A DNA stretch of 64,000 nt from an uncultured Gammaproteobacteria bacterium (GCA_964450885.1 CAYVFE010000001.1:160489-224488), one strand, 5' to 3'. Shown: positions 27,962 through 38,775, counted from the first letter of the stretch. A program made the numbers and translations. The notes: generated from the sequence alone by a model not told the origin.

Positions 27962-30308
27962 ATTTTTAACTAGCAAGGAGGGTGTTCTATTCAGAGCCTT
28001 ACTTTTCATTGTCTTGACACTTGTTCTCCTTCTGTTTGTTGATGAGCCCTCCGTTTTGTTAAGGATACTGCCTTTATATCTTATCTTTTTGCTACAGGAA
28101 TTATTCATTCATAAAAAACTTGAAAGAATTCATCCGGAAAAAAATGTTAACGACGCAAATGACTTAATTGACGCAACGGTATTTGATATAAGGTCAGAAC
28201 TGTCTTCTTCCAAGAGTGCTTTCACTCTTGTCGAGTCATTACTTATATCAAAGAAAGGGAAATTTATTCGGGAGCGGATAAGCCCCGAGCTTAAATTGAC
28301 TGATGCAAATATAACTAAAGATGCACTTTTGGATAAAGCTTCTGCTTTAGTGAAGGCATTAGAGGGAAAATATATTACATCTTTGGATATTATTACAGCC
28401 TACCTGTTGCTACAGGAGGAAAGTGCACGAATTCTTCAAGACAATAATTTGAATGAAAAAGATTTGCTTACTATTTTGTACTGGGCAAGGAAAAAATTTC
28501 ATATAGGTGAGGTAGAGCCTCCAGCATTTCTGTTTCATGGGAGTGGTGCATTTGATTCTTTGGTTTACGGGTGGACGCCGGAAACAAAAAATTATACATC
28601 TGATTTCACCACCGAGGTGTTAAGCCTTGATTACGAACCCAAAATAATTGGCCGCGAAAAAGACTATAGAGAATTTGTAGAAAGTCTTTCAAAAGGCTCT
28701 GCCAGCAATGTCCTTCTTGTGGGAGATCCAGGAGTTGGCAAGACTACCCTTGTTATGAAATTCGCCCACGATGCTTATAAGGGACTTCTTACAAAAAAAC
28801 TTAAGAATAAAAGAATATATTTTCTTTTTGTAGACAGATTGTTATCTGGTGCAGGCGACAAGGGGGAGATAGAAAGTCGAATCGGAAACATATTCACCGA
28901 AGTCTCACACTCCGGGAATATAATCGTTTTTATCGAGAATATAGAAAATATTTTTGGCGGCGGCGGCGGATTTGAGTTCGATATGTCGGGCGCTATACAA
29001 GCATATCTTGAAAGTAACAGGGTGCAAATCATCGGAACTATTAATCCTCAGGCTTACAAGGATTCTATCGCAACAAAACCTTCGGTACAATCTCTATTTT
29101 CAGAGATAGATTTGGATGCACCTGATCCGAAAATAGCTACATTCATGCTTATAGAAGAAGTAAATATAAGAGAAAAAATGTCAAAAGCGATAGTTACATA
29201 TGGCGCTATAAAAGAAATTGTAGAATCATCAGATCTTTATTCTCCTGATTCTTCTCTTCCCGGATCCGCTGTCAAGCTATTGGAGGATGTAATGGTCAGG
29301 AGTTTTAATTCAGGAAAGAATTTAATTACACGACATGAGGTTTCTGAGATGATAAAGGATAAAACGGGGGTTAAATTGTCTGCGCCTACAGAAGAAGAGA
29401 AGAATACGTTGCTTGCTATGGAGGAGACTTTGCACAAGAGTCTTATCGGCCAAGACGAAGCGGTTTCTTCGGTCTCCAACGCATTAAGACGACTTAGAAG
29501 TGGACTTAGAAAAAAGCAAGGCCCGATTGCATCCTTTCTATTTCTGGGCCCGACAGGAGTAGGTAAAACGACCACTGCAAAACTTTTAGCAAGGGAATAT
29601 TTTGGTAGTGAAGACCGGATGATAAGGGTCGATATGAGTGAGTACCAAACGCAAGATAGTATAAAAAAACTATTAGGCGAGATGCCTGGGGAACAAAGTT
29701 TCAAGAATTCTTTTGTAGACAAAATATCAGAGACCCCTTTTTCCATAGTTTTACTGGATGAATTCGAGAAAGCGCATCCTCAGCTTCTTGACGTTTTTCT
29801 ACAGGTTCTTGACGAGGGATTTGTCACAAATAATAAAGGTAAAAAAATATCGTTTACAAATGCGATAATAATCGCAACTTCAAATGCCGGAAGTCAATTT
29901 ATAAGAGAGAAAATAGAGTCAGGAGGCAGCGCTGTAAAGGATGAATTGATAGATTATATTTTGACAAAAAGTATATTCAAGCCGGAGCTTGTCAACCGTT
30001 TTGATGACGTTGTAGTATTCCATCCGCTATCAAAAGAGCAAGTTGTAAAAATTACAGAGTTAATGCTAACAGATTTAAAGGATAAGTTGATGGAACAATT
30101 TATTGATATAAGTTTTTCTGATAACGCGATAGACAAAATTTCTATAGAATCATTTGACCAAGATTTTGGAGCCAGAAATGTGAGAAGATATATAGAAGAG
30201 AATATTGAAAATCTCGTATCAAGAATGATACTTGAGGGTAAAATCAGCAAGGGTGAGAGATTTATTGTTGGCGTTGGAGATAACGGAGATTTTATTATAG
30301 AGCAGTAA
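27930..30308 (+). CDS. Membrane-anchored ClpA/B-family AAA+ ATPase
   Basis: Two N-terminal TM helices; GDPGVGKT / FIENIE; GPTGVGKT / LLDEFEKAH; FKPELVNRFD; FGARNVRR. Confidence 0.9.
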   Translation: MQEKIFFNLYRFLTSKEGVLFRALLFIVLTLVLLLFVDEPSVLLRILPLYLIFLLQELFIHKKLERIHPEKNVNDANDLIDATVFDIRSELSSSKSAFTLVESLLISKKGKFIRERISPELKLTDANITKDALLDKASALVKALEGKYITSLDIITAYLLLQEESARILQDNNLNEKDLLTILYWARKKFHIGEVEPPAFLFHGSGAFDSLVYGWTPETKNYTSDFTTEVLSLDYEPKIIGREKDYREFVESLSKGSASNVLLVGDPGVGKTTLVMKFAHDAYKGLLTKKLKNKRIYFLFVDRLLSGAGDKGEIESRIGNIFTEVSHSGNIIVFIENIENIFGGGGGFEFDMSGAIQAYLESNRVQIIGTINPQAYKDSIATKPSVQSLFSEIDLDAPDPKIATFMLIEEVNIREKMSKAIVTYGAIKEIVESSDLYSPDSSLPGSAVKLLEDVMVRSFNSGKNLITRHEVSEMIKDKTGVKLSAPTEEEKNTLLAMEETLHKSLIGQDEAVSSVSNALRRLRSGLRKKQGPIASFLFLGPTGVGKTTTAKLLAREYFGSEDRMIRVDMSEYQTQDSIKKLLGEMPGEQSFKNSFVDKISETPFSIVLLDEFEKAHPQLLDVFLQVLDEGFVTNNKGKKISFTNAIIIATSNAGSQFIREKIESGGSAVKDELIDYILTKSIFKPELVNRFDDVVVFHPLSKEQVVKITELMLTDLKDKLMEQFIDISFSDNAIDKISIESFDQDFGARNVRRYIEENIENLVSRMILEGKISKGERFIVGVGDNGDFIIEQ

Positions 30309-31312
30309 TGAAAATAGTAATTTTTGAAGCAGACAAAACGGAGCAGAATTATTTTGTGATGGCACTTCCATCGCATGAGCTAATTTTCGTGGATGATGAG
30401 CTTTCTTCTGACACTGTAGGTCAGGCGAAGGATGCGGAGATGGTTGTGGTGTTCGTATATTCAAGAGTAAGTAAGGAGCTAATTGACCTGATGCCAAATC
30501 TAAAATTTATTACGACTATGTCTACGGGCTTTGATCATATAGATCTTGATGCGGCAAAGTTAAAAAACATAGTAGTTTCAAATGTACCGGTATATGCAGA
30601 AACTGTAGTTGCAGAGCATGCATTTGCTTTACTTTTATCAATTTCAAGGCGCCTTGAAGAGTCTTTTGAAAGGGCAAGAAAAGGTGAATTCAACCCGGAA
30701 GGACTTACCGGATTTGAACTGAGAGGAAAGACCTTGGGAATTATAGGGATTGGTGCGATCGGTTCTCATGTGATTGAGATCGCGAATGGATTTGGAATGA
30801 ATGTCGTAGCTTACGCGAGGCATCCGGATTTAGTTATGGAGCAGAAGATGAGATTTAAACATGTGGATTTGCCAGTTCTTTTTTCGAAAAGCGATGTCAT
30901 ATCCTTGCATATACCTTACAATAAAAACACGCATCATTTTCTTTCAGAAGAACAGTTCTCTCAGATGAAGCAGAATGTAGTGGTAATAAATACTGCTCGA
31001 GGTGGACTTATCCATAATGGAGCGCTTCTAAAAGCGTTGGAGTCCGGGAAAGTTTATGCTGCAGGACTCGACGTACTAGAAGAAGAACCAGTTCTGCACG
31101 AAGAAAAGCAGCTGCTTTCAAATAAATTCGAGAAAGAGAAGCTGCAGTCGGTGCTTGAGGACCACATGCTTTGTAATCATCCAAAAGTAGTTATCACTCC
31201 CCATAACGCATTTAATAGTTATGAGGCGTTAAATAAAATTTTGGAGACGACACATGACAATATAGAATCATTTATTGCAGGAACTCCGATAAATATAGTC
31301 AATAAGGATTAG
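30308..31312 (+). CDS. D-isomer-specific 2-hydroxyacid dehydrogenase (D-lactate dehydrogenase-like)
   Basis: STGFDHID, VAEHA, GIIGIGAIG, INTARG, GLDVLEEE, ITPHNAF. Confidence 0.92.
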   Translation: MKIVIFEADKTEQNYFVMALPSHELIFVDDELSSDTVGQAKDAEMVVVFVYSRVSKELIDLMPNLKFITTMSTGFDHIDLDAAKLKNIVVSNVPVYAETVVAEHAFALLLSISRRLEESFERARKGEFNPEGLTGFELRGKTLGIIGIGAIGSHVIEIANGFGMNVVAYARHPDLVMEQKMRFKHVDLPVLFSKSDVISLHIPYNKNTHHFLSEEQFSQMKQNVVVINTARGGLIHNGALLKALESGKVYAAGLDVLEEEPVLHEEKQLLSNKFEKEKLQSVLEDHMLCNHPKVVITPHNAFNSYEALNKILETTHDNIESFIAGTPINIVNKD

Positions 31313-31348
31313 TTTAATATTTTCTATCTCCGCGCTATAATAAGCATA

Positions 31349-32404
31349 ATGCAATTCAAGAATTACTTAGATAGTACAAAAAAAGATATTTCGATTTATT
31401 TTAAAAAAATTATAGAAGATAAATCCAAGACGGAACCCGCGCAGCTCAAAGATCTTAAGATACTTTCGGAGATCGAAGAGTTTGCACTACGGGGGAAGCT
31501 TATACGTGGGACTCTTTTTATCCTGACGTGTCGGATTTTAGGACAAAAGATAACAGATGACCATTTAAAGATTGCAGCTGCGATCGAACTCATTCACTCA
31601 GGACTTCTTATTCACGATGACATAATCGATAACGACAGAATGAGACGGGGAGAAAAATCAGTTTTTGCAAAGTACGAGGAAAGAGCGGCAGATTTAGATG
31701 TTATCGATGCGTCTCACTATGGGAAGTCTATGGCGATTGTAGTCGCGGACGCAGCCTATTTTTATGCTTTCGAAATCATATCTCAGATAAAATATGATAG
31801 GACACTAGAGCTTTTGAATTTTTTGGCGAAAGAAATTTACCTTGTTTGTTTGGCCGAAGGACTGGACTCGCAACTTGGCCAGAGTAATCTTGAGACAAGA
31901 CGAGAATCTATTCTAGAAGTTTATAAATACAAGACTGCTCGATATACTTTTTCTATGCCATTTACGATGGGGTGTATTTATTCGAATAGTAATAATGAAA
32001 TTAAGAAAACGCTTGATGAGTTGGGGGAAAAAGCAGGACTGATTTTTCAGTTAAAGGATGATGAGATAGGTTTTTTTGGAAAGGAAGAGGAAATAGGAAA
32101 GCCAGTTGGTTCTGATATTAGAGAAAATAAGAAAACAATTTTTCGTGATATTTTATTTAAAAAGGCAGATGCTAATGATAGGTTAGTTTTGGAAAAGTAT
32201 TTTGGAAATGCAGACATCGATATTGATCAGATAGAGATAATAAGAGCTCTTGCAATAAAATATGAAGTTAAAAAAGAAATTAAGGAAATGACCGATAGCT
32301 CGATGAAAGATATTAGAGCTTTGATAAAAAGAATAGACGTTGATAACAAGTACATGGACATCCTAAGACAACTTTTGGATTACAACTTAGATAGAAAGTC
32401 CTAA
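31349..32404 (+). CDS. Polyprenyl diphosphate synthase
   Basis: GK.IRG, LIHDDIID...RRG, YKTA, FQLKDDE, GSDIRE.K.T. Confidence 0.93.
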   Translation: MQFKNYLDSTKKDISIYFKKIIEDKSKTEPAQLKDLKILSEIEEFALRGKLIRGTLFILTCRILGQKITDDHLKIAAAIELIHSGLLIHDDIIDNDRMRRGEKSVFAKYEERAADLDVIDASHYGKSMAIVVADAAYFYAFEIISQIKYDRTLELLNFLAKEIYLVCLAEGLDSQLGQSNLETRRESILEVYKYKTARYTFSMPFTMGCIYSNSNNEIKKTLDELGEKAGLIFQLKDDEIGFFGKEEEIGKPVGSDIRENKKTIFRDILFKKADANDRLVLEKYFGNADIDIDQIEIIRALAIKYEVKKEIKEMTDSSMKDIRALIKRIDVDNKYMDILRQLLDYNLDRKS

Positions 32405-35400
32405 CGCCTTTTTAGATATTCACCAGAATATATAAAGTAATATATAACTGGAATAAAGAAAAGCATTATTGCTCCCGAGAAAACGAGTCCTGCAATTATA
32501 GCTCCCCCAAGCCCGCGCCATAAGGGATCAGAAAGAGTAATCGGAATGAGTCCAATTATGGTAGTCAATGAAGTTAGAAAGATCGGTTCTAGTCTACTGG
32601 ATGCTCCATCGATTACAGATTTGGTAAATGAGATCTTGTTGTCTAGATTCTGATTTATGGTGTGAATCATGACTATCGAATTATTTACGACTATTCCAAA
32701 AAGCGCAAGAAGTCCAATGAGCGCTGGGAAGGAGAGGGGAATTCCAAATAGCGCAAAAATTATGAATACTCCAGATACCGCAAGAGGAATAACAAGCATC
32801 ACAACGAGCGCTTTTCTGAATGACCCAAGCTGTATCACTATTGTAATCAGGATTAGAATAGATGAGACAATCATTGCCTGAAGGATTGAATTTATAGAAT
32901 TTTGGTTTTCTTCATTAACTCCTCCGGTTTTTAGTTCATATCCGTCGGGAAGGGTGAGTCTATTTGCAAAATCCAAAACCTTCTGGTTTTCCTCAGGAAT
33001 ATTATATCCTGGAATAACTGATCCACCTATGCTTATGAATCGCTTCTGTTCTTCTCTATTGATCAATGTCGGATTCTGTTCGAGTGTAAATTCACCTAAA
33101 TCTAAAAGTGGAACATCGCCACCCTGAGTAGGAATATTTAGGTAGTTTAATGTTTGGGGATCATTCTCTCCGGCAATACGTATTTGGATAGGAATATTAT
33201 CATCCTCAATACGCAGGTCATCAGGAGACATTCCGCTGAGATAACTTCTCATCGTAAATCCTAAGGTGTCGATCGTTAAACCATATTCACTTAGCTTTGA
33301 TGTATCTGGCACGAATACCATTTTTCCTATTCCAGGTTCTATCGATTTTTCGACATTGGTTACTCCTGGTTGTTCATTCATGAATTCACCTATCTCGTCT
33401 GCGATTTTATCTAGTGTTTGAAGATCTGTTCCAAGAATTGTTATCAATATATCGTCACCGACTGGTGGTCCGCCGCTAACTTCAACAACAGAAAATTCGC
33501 CGTTTGGATAATCTGAGAATGCGTTTCTCAACTCCTGAGATATTTGTATAGAGTCATTATTTCTATAAGTCTCATCGACAAGACTGATAGTTAGGGTAAG
33601 ATCACCTCCTATTGCAAAAGCTCCTTGACCTGAGCCATACTGAGTTGTTACGAATTTGATATCAGGATGTTCCTGAATAATCCCACTAAGTCTTATTGCT
33701 TCCTTTTCGATAAAGTCCTGGTTAGTCCCACTAGGAAAATCTATCGCTACATAGAATTCATCAGATGGACTAGCAGGGAAAAACTCATTTTTTACAAGCC
33801 CGAGTGGGAGCAAGAGATATGAAAATATCGAAAAAATTACAACTGCGATTAGGGTCTTTCTTCTTGCTGTTCTGGAGTTAATGATCCTACTTAGGGCGCG
33901 GTTATATTTTTGATTAACAAGATCGAACTGTATAATTCCTCTGTCTGCTGCCACTTTCGCTTTATTCAGAAGTGCCCTTTGGCTAGTCGTAGGTTTGAGC
34001 TTTTTCAACAGTTTGATTCTGAGTTTGAATGTTGCTAGTAGTAAAACAATATAGATGAATAATGTAGGAATAAAAATAATGCTATTTGGTATTAGCATGA
34101 AGCCGATAAGCAGGAATGCTAACACTCCTATTGTATAAAAAAGAACAACGACTCTTTTTGGAATATTAGGTTTTAAAACAAAAATCAAAATCGGGATAGT
34201 TATATAGAAAGCAATCATGGTTGATGATATTAGTGTTGCCGAGACAACTATCGGTATGGTTTTTATGAATTCTCCTATGATTCCGGTTGCAAGAAGCAAT
34301 GGTAAAAACGCCCATACGGTCGTAAGAGTAGTTGCCCATACTGGTGAGAAAAAATCCCTATATACGAGTAATCCAGATTCTTCTGCAGTAAATCTTTTTG
34401 ACTTGTAGTAACTTGTTGCGGCTGACAATATAACAATCGCATTATCCACAAGAAGACCGAGAGCAAGCAGCAGGGAAAAAAGAGACAGAAAATTTATGCT
34501 TATTCCACTAATCTGCATAACTACAAAACTTATAAGAATCGATAGAGGGATAGTGAATGATGCAAGGACAGCCTGTCTTAGTCCAAGCACAGCCAGGAGT
34601 ACTATAAATACTAGAAGAATTGTAATTCCAAAATTTGTAGCAAGCTCATTGAATTGATCGTTAATAAGTTTCGCATAATCCGTTATTTCAATTACCTCGT
34701 ATTTTCCATCTTCTCTTGCAGTAGCATCTTGGATTACAGCTTTTACATCCTGCACAGCCTTTGTGATATCTGCGCTTGAAGTCTTATAAACTGAAAGTAC
34801 AACTACCTGTCTGGGATCTATCTTTTCGGCAAGATACGATTTTTGTTGATCAGGAGATGTAGATACATAAACGCTTGCAATATCAGCAAGCCTTACGTTA
34901 TTGCCGCTGATTTCTACTTGAAGGTCTCTAAGATCTTCAATGGAATTTATTTCTGGATCTATACTTACAGTAAATACATTTTTGTCGGTTTTTATAGTTC
35001 CGATAGGATAAGACGTAAGAGATGTTCTTATAGATTGAGAAATTTGATTTACCGAAATACTATATTGATTAATTATCTCAGGCTTAATCTCGATTCTTAT
35101 TTCATCTTCATATAGTCCCGATGGGCTTATCCTGTTTACTGTACTTAGCTTCTCTAAGGAGTCACTTAGGTCTCTTGTAAAGTTCATAAGAGACGCAAGA
35201 TCGTTTTCTGATCTTATAGCAAAGGTATAGACTGTTTGGTCTTCAAAATCTATTTCCGCAACTCGCGGAGTTGTAGCATCTTCTGGGAGATCATCCACGT
35301 TATTTACAGCTTTTTGTACATCATTTACTGCATCATCTGTATTAACTGAAGATGCGAACTCTAACGTTATAGTGGAACTACTATTTAATGAGGTACTAGT

Positions 35401-35697
35401 TATGGTATTTAGATCTGTAAGAGATGAAAGTTGTTCTTCTAGAGGAATTGTTATGAGTGATTCGACATCTGCAGGACTTGCTCCTGGAAGATTTGAAGAA
35501 ACGACAACAATCGGAATTTTTACTTCGGGATTAAGCCTTCTTGGTAGTGTTGAAAAGCTAGTTAGTCCACCTATCAGGATTATTATCAAAACCAGGATTA
35601 CAAGTCGTATATTTGTTAGATAGCGTCCCGCAAAACTTTCCTTGATTTTTTTATCAAAGCGAATAAGTTGTAAATAATTTTTCTCTTTGCCTGCCAT
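32401..35697 (-). CDS. RND (AcrB/AcrD/AcrF family) permease
   Basis: PGASPADVE..IT.PLE, GLLVDNAIV, GIVVNNSI, RLEPIFLTSLTTIIGLIP. Confidence 0.93.
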   Translation of the reverse strand: MAGKEKNYLQLIRFDKKIKESFAGRYLTNIRLVILVLIIILIGGLTSFSTLPRRLNPEVKIPIVVVSSNLPGASPADVESLITIPLEEQLSSLTDLNTITSTSLNSSSTITLEFASSVNTDDAVNDVQKAVNNVDDLPEDATTPRVAEIDFEDQTVYTFAIRSENDLASLMNFTRDLSDSLEKLSTVNRISPSGLYEDEIRIEIKPEIINQYSISVNQISQSIRTSLTSYPIGTIKTDKNVFTVSIDPEINSIEDLRDLQVEISGNNVRLADIASVYVSTSPDQQKSYLAEKIDPRQVVVLSVYKTSSADITKAVQDVKAVIQDATAREDGKYEVIEITDYAKLINDQFNELATNFGITILLVFIVLLAVLGLRQAVLASFTIPLSILISFVVMQISGISINFLSLFSLLLALGLLVDNAIVILSAATSYYKSKRFTAEESGLLVYRDFFSPVWATTLTTVWAFLPLLLATGIIGEFIKTIPIVVSATLISSTMIAFYITIPILIFVLKPNIPKRVVVLFYTIGVLAFLLIGFMLIPNSIIFIPTLFIYIVLLLATFKLRIKLLKKLKPTTSQRALLNKAKVAADRGIIQFDLVNQKYNRALSRIINSRTARRKTLIAVVIFSIFSYLLLPLGLVKNEFFPASPSDEFYVAIDFPSGTNQDFIEKEAIRLSGIIQEHPDIKFVTTQYGSGQGAFAIGGDLTLTISLVDETYRNNDSIQISQELRNAFSDYPNGEFSVVEVSGGPPVGDDILITILGTDLQTLDKIADEIGEFMNEQPGVTNVEKSIEPGIGKMVFVPDTSKLSEYGLTIDTLGFTMRSYLSGMSPDDLRIEDDNIPIQIRIAGENDPQTLNYLNIPTQGGDVPLLDLGEFTLEQNPTLINREEQKRFISIGGSVIPGYNIPEENQKVLDFANRLTLPDGYELKTGGVNEENQNSINSILQAMIVSSILILITIVIQLGSFRKALVVMLVIPLAVSGVFIIFALFGIPLSFPALIGLLALFGIVVNNSIVMIHTINQNLDNKISFTKSVIDGASSRLEPIFLTSLTTIIGLIPITLSDPLWRGLGGAIIAGLVFSGAIMLFFIPVIYYFIYSGEYLKRR

Positions 35698-35703
35698 GCA
35701 TTT

Positions 35704-37164
35704 CTAGAATGAAATAAGTTCTCCCTCAGAGATGTTTCTTGTCAAGATTACATATTGGTACCGTGATAGGTCATTGCTGCTGATTTCTGCAAGATTACCC
35801 CGGATGCTCCCTACCTCTATAGAAATAGCCTGCGCCTTATCCCCACTTACTACATATATGGTAGAAGAGTCGGGTAGGGTATGTATTGCATCAATCGGAA
35901 CATAGATTGCTCCATCAGTCTTCGAGTTCACGTCAAGTGGTACTATTATATTTACATATGAATTATTGGAGATACTGTTTTGATAGGAATCTGGTATGGA
36001 ATATAAAACAGATGATAAGTTTCCATCAGTTGCATCTATGGATATGTGTTCAGGAAAGATTTCTATCTCATTTTCGTTGATAATGACCTTAGTAGCTCTG
36101 TCTTTACTTATCATTTGTGACAGATCGAATGGGATTTTCGCGATGAGTTGGAGATTTTGATCTCCATGAATAACCATAAGTGGAGTTCCTGGATTTACCA
36201 GTTCGCCTTCCTTTACGAAAATTCTTTCCACGGTCGCTTTAATAGGCGAAGCTGGAAACATTAAGGATTCTTGAATCTGTGCTATCTGGAGCTGAAGTCC
36301 TGCGGTTTTAAGAGATAGCTCCAGTGCCTTTTCTTGGACATCCAGCTGTTTTAGCGCGATTTCCTTTGTGAGATTAGATAGGTCAGCCTGAGGAGTATCG
36401 CCTCTGGATTGGTAGCGTGTATTGTCCAGTCCGCTTTGTAGCTGATTCAATCCAGACTGTATCTGACTTTTTAATTGTTTGGTTGAAAGTATCGCATCAT
36501 CATTTACGCCTCCTACGTTTCCAGATTCTAGCTCATCCAGGTTGGAGTTGATGCTATCCAGAACGTCTTGATTTAGTTCAATCAGATCCTCAGTTCGCTC
36601 AATAGAATCGTCTGCTATTTCACGCAGTTCATCTGCATTCTCGTCCTGTTTGTTTGCTATTTCTTTTTGTTTTGAAATAATTTCTTTTTGGGTGTCATAC
36701 GTATCCTTGGTGTTTTGGTACTGTGCTCCTGCTAGTTGGCGTTGAACAGATGGAGCACTTGATCCTTGATAGTTGGAAGACAGCGAGATAAGTTTTCTTC
36801 CAGGACTAACTATATCTCCAGCTTTTACATCAATACTTTTGACTATTCCTGAAGTTTGAGCAGTAATGGTAATAATTCCAGATTTCTCTATCTGTCCCTG
36901 GATGGATATTTCGCTTGGGTTTCCTGTGTCATACACCTGCACATTCTTAACTATTTTTTGTGTACTTTTGTCCTCTTGGGATGGGGTCCTAAGAATATTT
37001 CCTAATACGATAAGTACTAGCAAAACAAGAACGAAGAGTGTGATAGAGAGAAGTGGCCTTTTTTCAAATCGTCTTATAAAAACAGGATAAGTATTTTTTA
37101 GTTTTTTGATTATATTTTTGCGTTTTTTCCTAAAGAAGATGTTAATATTTTTGAGCCTGCTCAT
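35704..37164 (-). CDS. RND membrane-fusion/adaptor protein with long coiled coil
   Basis: TM anchor, lipoyl half-motifs (ITAQTSG.V..I.V..GD.V..G; SPI..V....V..GE.V.PG); start placed at ATG 37164, 8 nt after TGaTATACT. Confidence 0.85.
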   Translation of the reverse strand: MSRLKNINIFFRKKRKNIIKKLKNTYPVFIRRFEKRPLLSITLFVLVLLVLIVLGNILRTPSQEDKSTQKIVKNVQVYDTGNPSEISIQGQIEKSGIITITAQTSGIVKSIDVKAGDIVSPGRKLISLSSNYQGSSAPSVQRQLAGAQYQNTKDTYDTQKEIISKQKEIANKQDENADELREIADDSIERTEDLIELNQDVLDSINSNLDELESGNVGGVNDDAILSTKQLKSQIQSGLNQLQSGLDNTRYQSRGDTPQADLSNLTKEIALKQLDVQEKALELSLKTAGLQLQIAQIQESLMFPASPIKATVERIFVKEGELVNPGTPLMVIHGDQNLQLIAKIPFDLSQMISKDRATKVIINENEIEIFPEHISIDATDGNLSSVLYSIPDSYQNSISNNSYVNIIVPLDVNSKTDGAIYVPIDAIHTLPDSSTIYVVSGDKAQAISIEVGSIRGNLAEISSNDLSRYQYVILTRNISEGELISF

Positions 37165-37244
37165 AGAAAGCAAGTATATCATAATAGTGCTTTGTGTAAA
37201 GTACTATTTATTGCATGGGGGCTTGGAATTTGCTAACCTAAAGC

Positions 37245-37580
37245 ATGAATATAATCGTTAGAGTTCTTATTCAGACAGTTGCTATATTTATTGCTGCATA
37301 TATTCTTCCGGGCGTGGAGGTCGATTCTCTTACGACTACTTTAATAGTTGCAATCGTTCTTGGAGTAATCAATGTGTTTCTAAAACCCATACTGGTTCTT
37401 TTGACACTTCCTATAACTCTAGTTACGTTCGGACTATTTATCTTTGTTATCAATGCTCTCCTAGTCCTATTAGTGAGTAGTTTAGTCAGCGGTTTTTATG
37501 TTGACGGGTTCTTGTGGGCGCTTCTTTTCAGCATAATAGTTTCACTCGTGTCTGCATTCCTAGAAAGTTTAAGTAAATAA
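37245..37580 (+). CDS. 4-TM 'phage holin family' (YvlD-like) membrane protein
   Basis: VLGVIN.FLKPIL..LTLP...VTFGLF..VINA, GF.WALL.SI motif. Confidence 0.88.
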   Translation: MNIIVRVLIQTVAIFIAAYILPGVEVDSLTTTLIVAIVLGVINVFLKPILVLLTLPITLVTFGLFIFVINALLVLLVSSLVSGFYVDGFLWALLFSIIVSLVSAFLESLSK

Positions 37581-38021
37581 CTAAAGCTGATTGAGGTCTT
37601 CGTCTAGTGGAACAAATTCTTCGTCAAGGCTTTCTTCCAGATCCACATTTATTACTTCTTGTTCCTCTGTATTTGCTGGTGTTGGGTCAGGATTTTGTGT
37701 AGGTTCTGTTTGTGCAGCGGGGGCAGGTGTTGGAATTTGAGTCTCTGGTTCAGAAGCCTGCCTTATTATCAGAAAATAAAGCGCTACAACTATTACGATA
37801 AATATCGTGAGTATTCCTCCAACTATAATGGCCCCACCTTTTCCGCCACCGGATTTTGCTGGAGGAGTCGGAACGCTACTGGGTTGCGGAGTACTTTGTG
37901 TTACAGGAGGAGTAGTAGGCGGAGGAGTGACTGGAGCCGCATTATTTACAGGATTTATAGGAGGGGTTTGTGCGTTTTCGCTTGTTGGGTTAGTGTTAGG
38001 ATTTGGGGTTTTGTCTTCCAT
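37581..38021 (-). CDS. Hypothetical single-pass membrane protein with Pro/Thr-rich flanks
   Basis: P/T-rich N-terminus, central TM, acidic C-terminus. Confidence 0.7.
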   Translation of the reverse strand: MEDKTPNPNTNPTSENAQTPPINPVNNAAPVTPPPTTPPVTQSTPQPSSVPTPPAKSGGGKGGAIIVGGILTIFIVIVVALYFLIIRQASEPETQIPTPAPAAQTEPTQNPDPTPANTEEQEVINVDLEESLDEEFVPLDEDLNQL

Positions 38022-38023
38022 AT

Positions 38024-38737
38024 TTATTGAATGATATCACTTCCAGAATCTGGTTGTAGGTCTAATGTTTGCTGCTCATTTTCGGCAGGAACAGTATTGA
38101 GAGCCGCTAGGCCACGAGCAGCAAGTCTTACGGCATCGCGAGCAGTCTTTACTGATGCAAGGGTTGCCCTAAGATCTTCTTTGAATTTTTGAACAACGGG
38201 CTGGATGGATTCTCTAAGTGTTGCTTCGTCAGTTATCTCAATAACGTAAGAGTTTTCTGCTTGGGTCGTAACTAGAACTGACGCGCTTTCTATAGCCTCT
38301 TTGGCACCCGCTACTAAGGTATCTGCAGAAGTGGTGTCTACACCACTATCCTTAAGCACATTTATATTCGTCTCAATTCTAGTAAGTATCTCTGATAGTG
38401 TATCTAGAGCAGATGCCCAACGTGTAGTTTTTGCTTCATTCATAGTCTGAAGTTTCGTGTTGAGCCTCTCCACGATTGCTTTTTTGGTTTCATCCGTTAT
38501 AGCAGCAAGATCTTCTGAGAACTTTTCTCTAGCAGCAACATTTCTTTGTTGCATAGCTGCTCTTTTCTCAGCAACCATGTCTGAAACATTTTCGCGGACT
38601 GCTCTTGTCTGCGTAGTGCGAGTTTGCTGCAAGGTATTTTCAAGTTCTTGAGCAAATGAATAGACACTAAAGAGGGAAAGAAGTGCTAAGGCAAGAATCG
38701 TGGATGTAATAAATCGGCTAGAGATACGTGAGCTCAT
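38024..38737 (-). CDS. Hypothetical secreted alpha-helical/coiled-coil protein
   Basis: Signal peptide (SFA|Q), heptad-like A/E/K-rich body; TTGACA-18-TACTAT promoter 7 nt before the ATG. Confidence 0.75.
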   Translation of the reverse strand: MSSRISSRFITSTILALALLSLFSVYSFAQELENTLQQTRTTQTRAVRENVSDMVAEKRAAMQQRNVAAREKFSEDLAAITDETKKAIVERLNTKLQTMNEAKTTRWASALDTLSEILTRIETNINVLKDSGVDTTSADTLVAGAKEAIESASVLVTTQAENSYVIEITDEATLRESIQPVVQKFKEDLRATLASVKTARDAVRLAARGLAALNTVPAENEQQTLDLQPDSGSDIIQ

Positions 38738-38775
38738 GACTATAATAGTAATAAGGATTGAGGTGCTATGTCAAG

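Noticed and set aside
37245-37580. Prophage suggested by the 'phage holin family' protein
   Set aside because: This family is commonly chromosomal, and no endolysin, integrase or structural phage genes are nearby.
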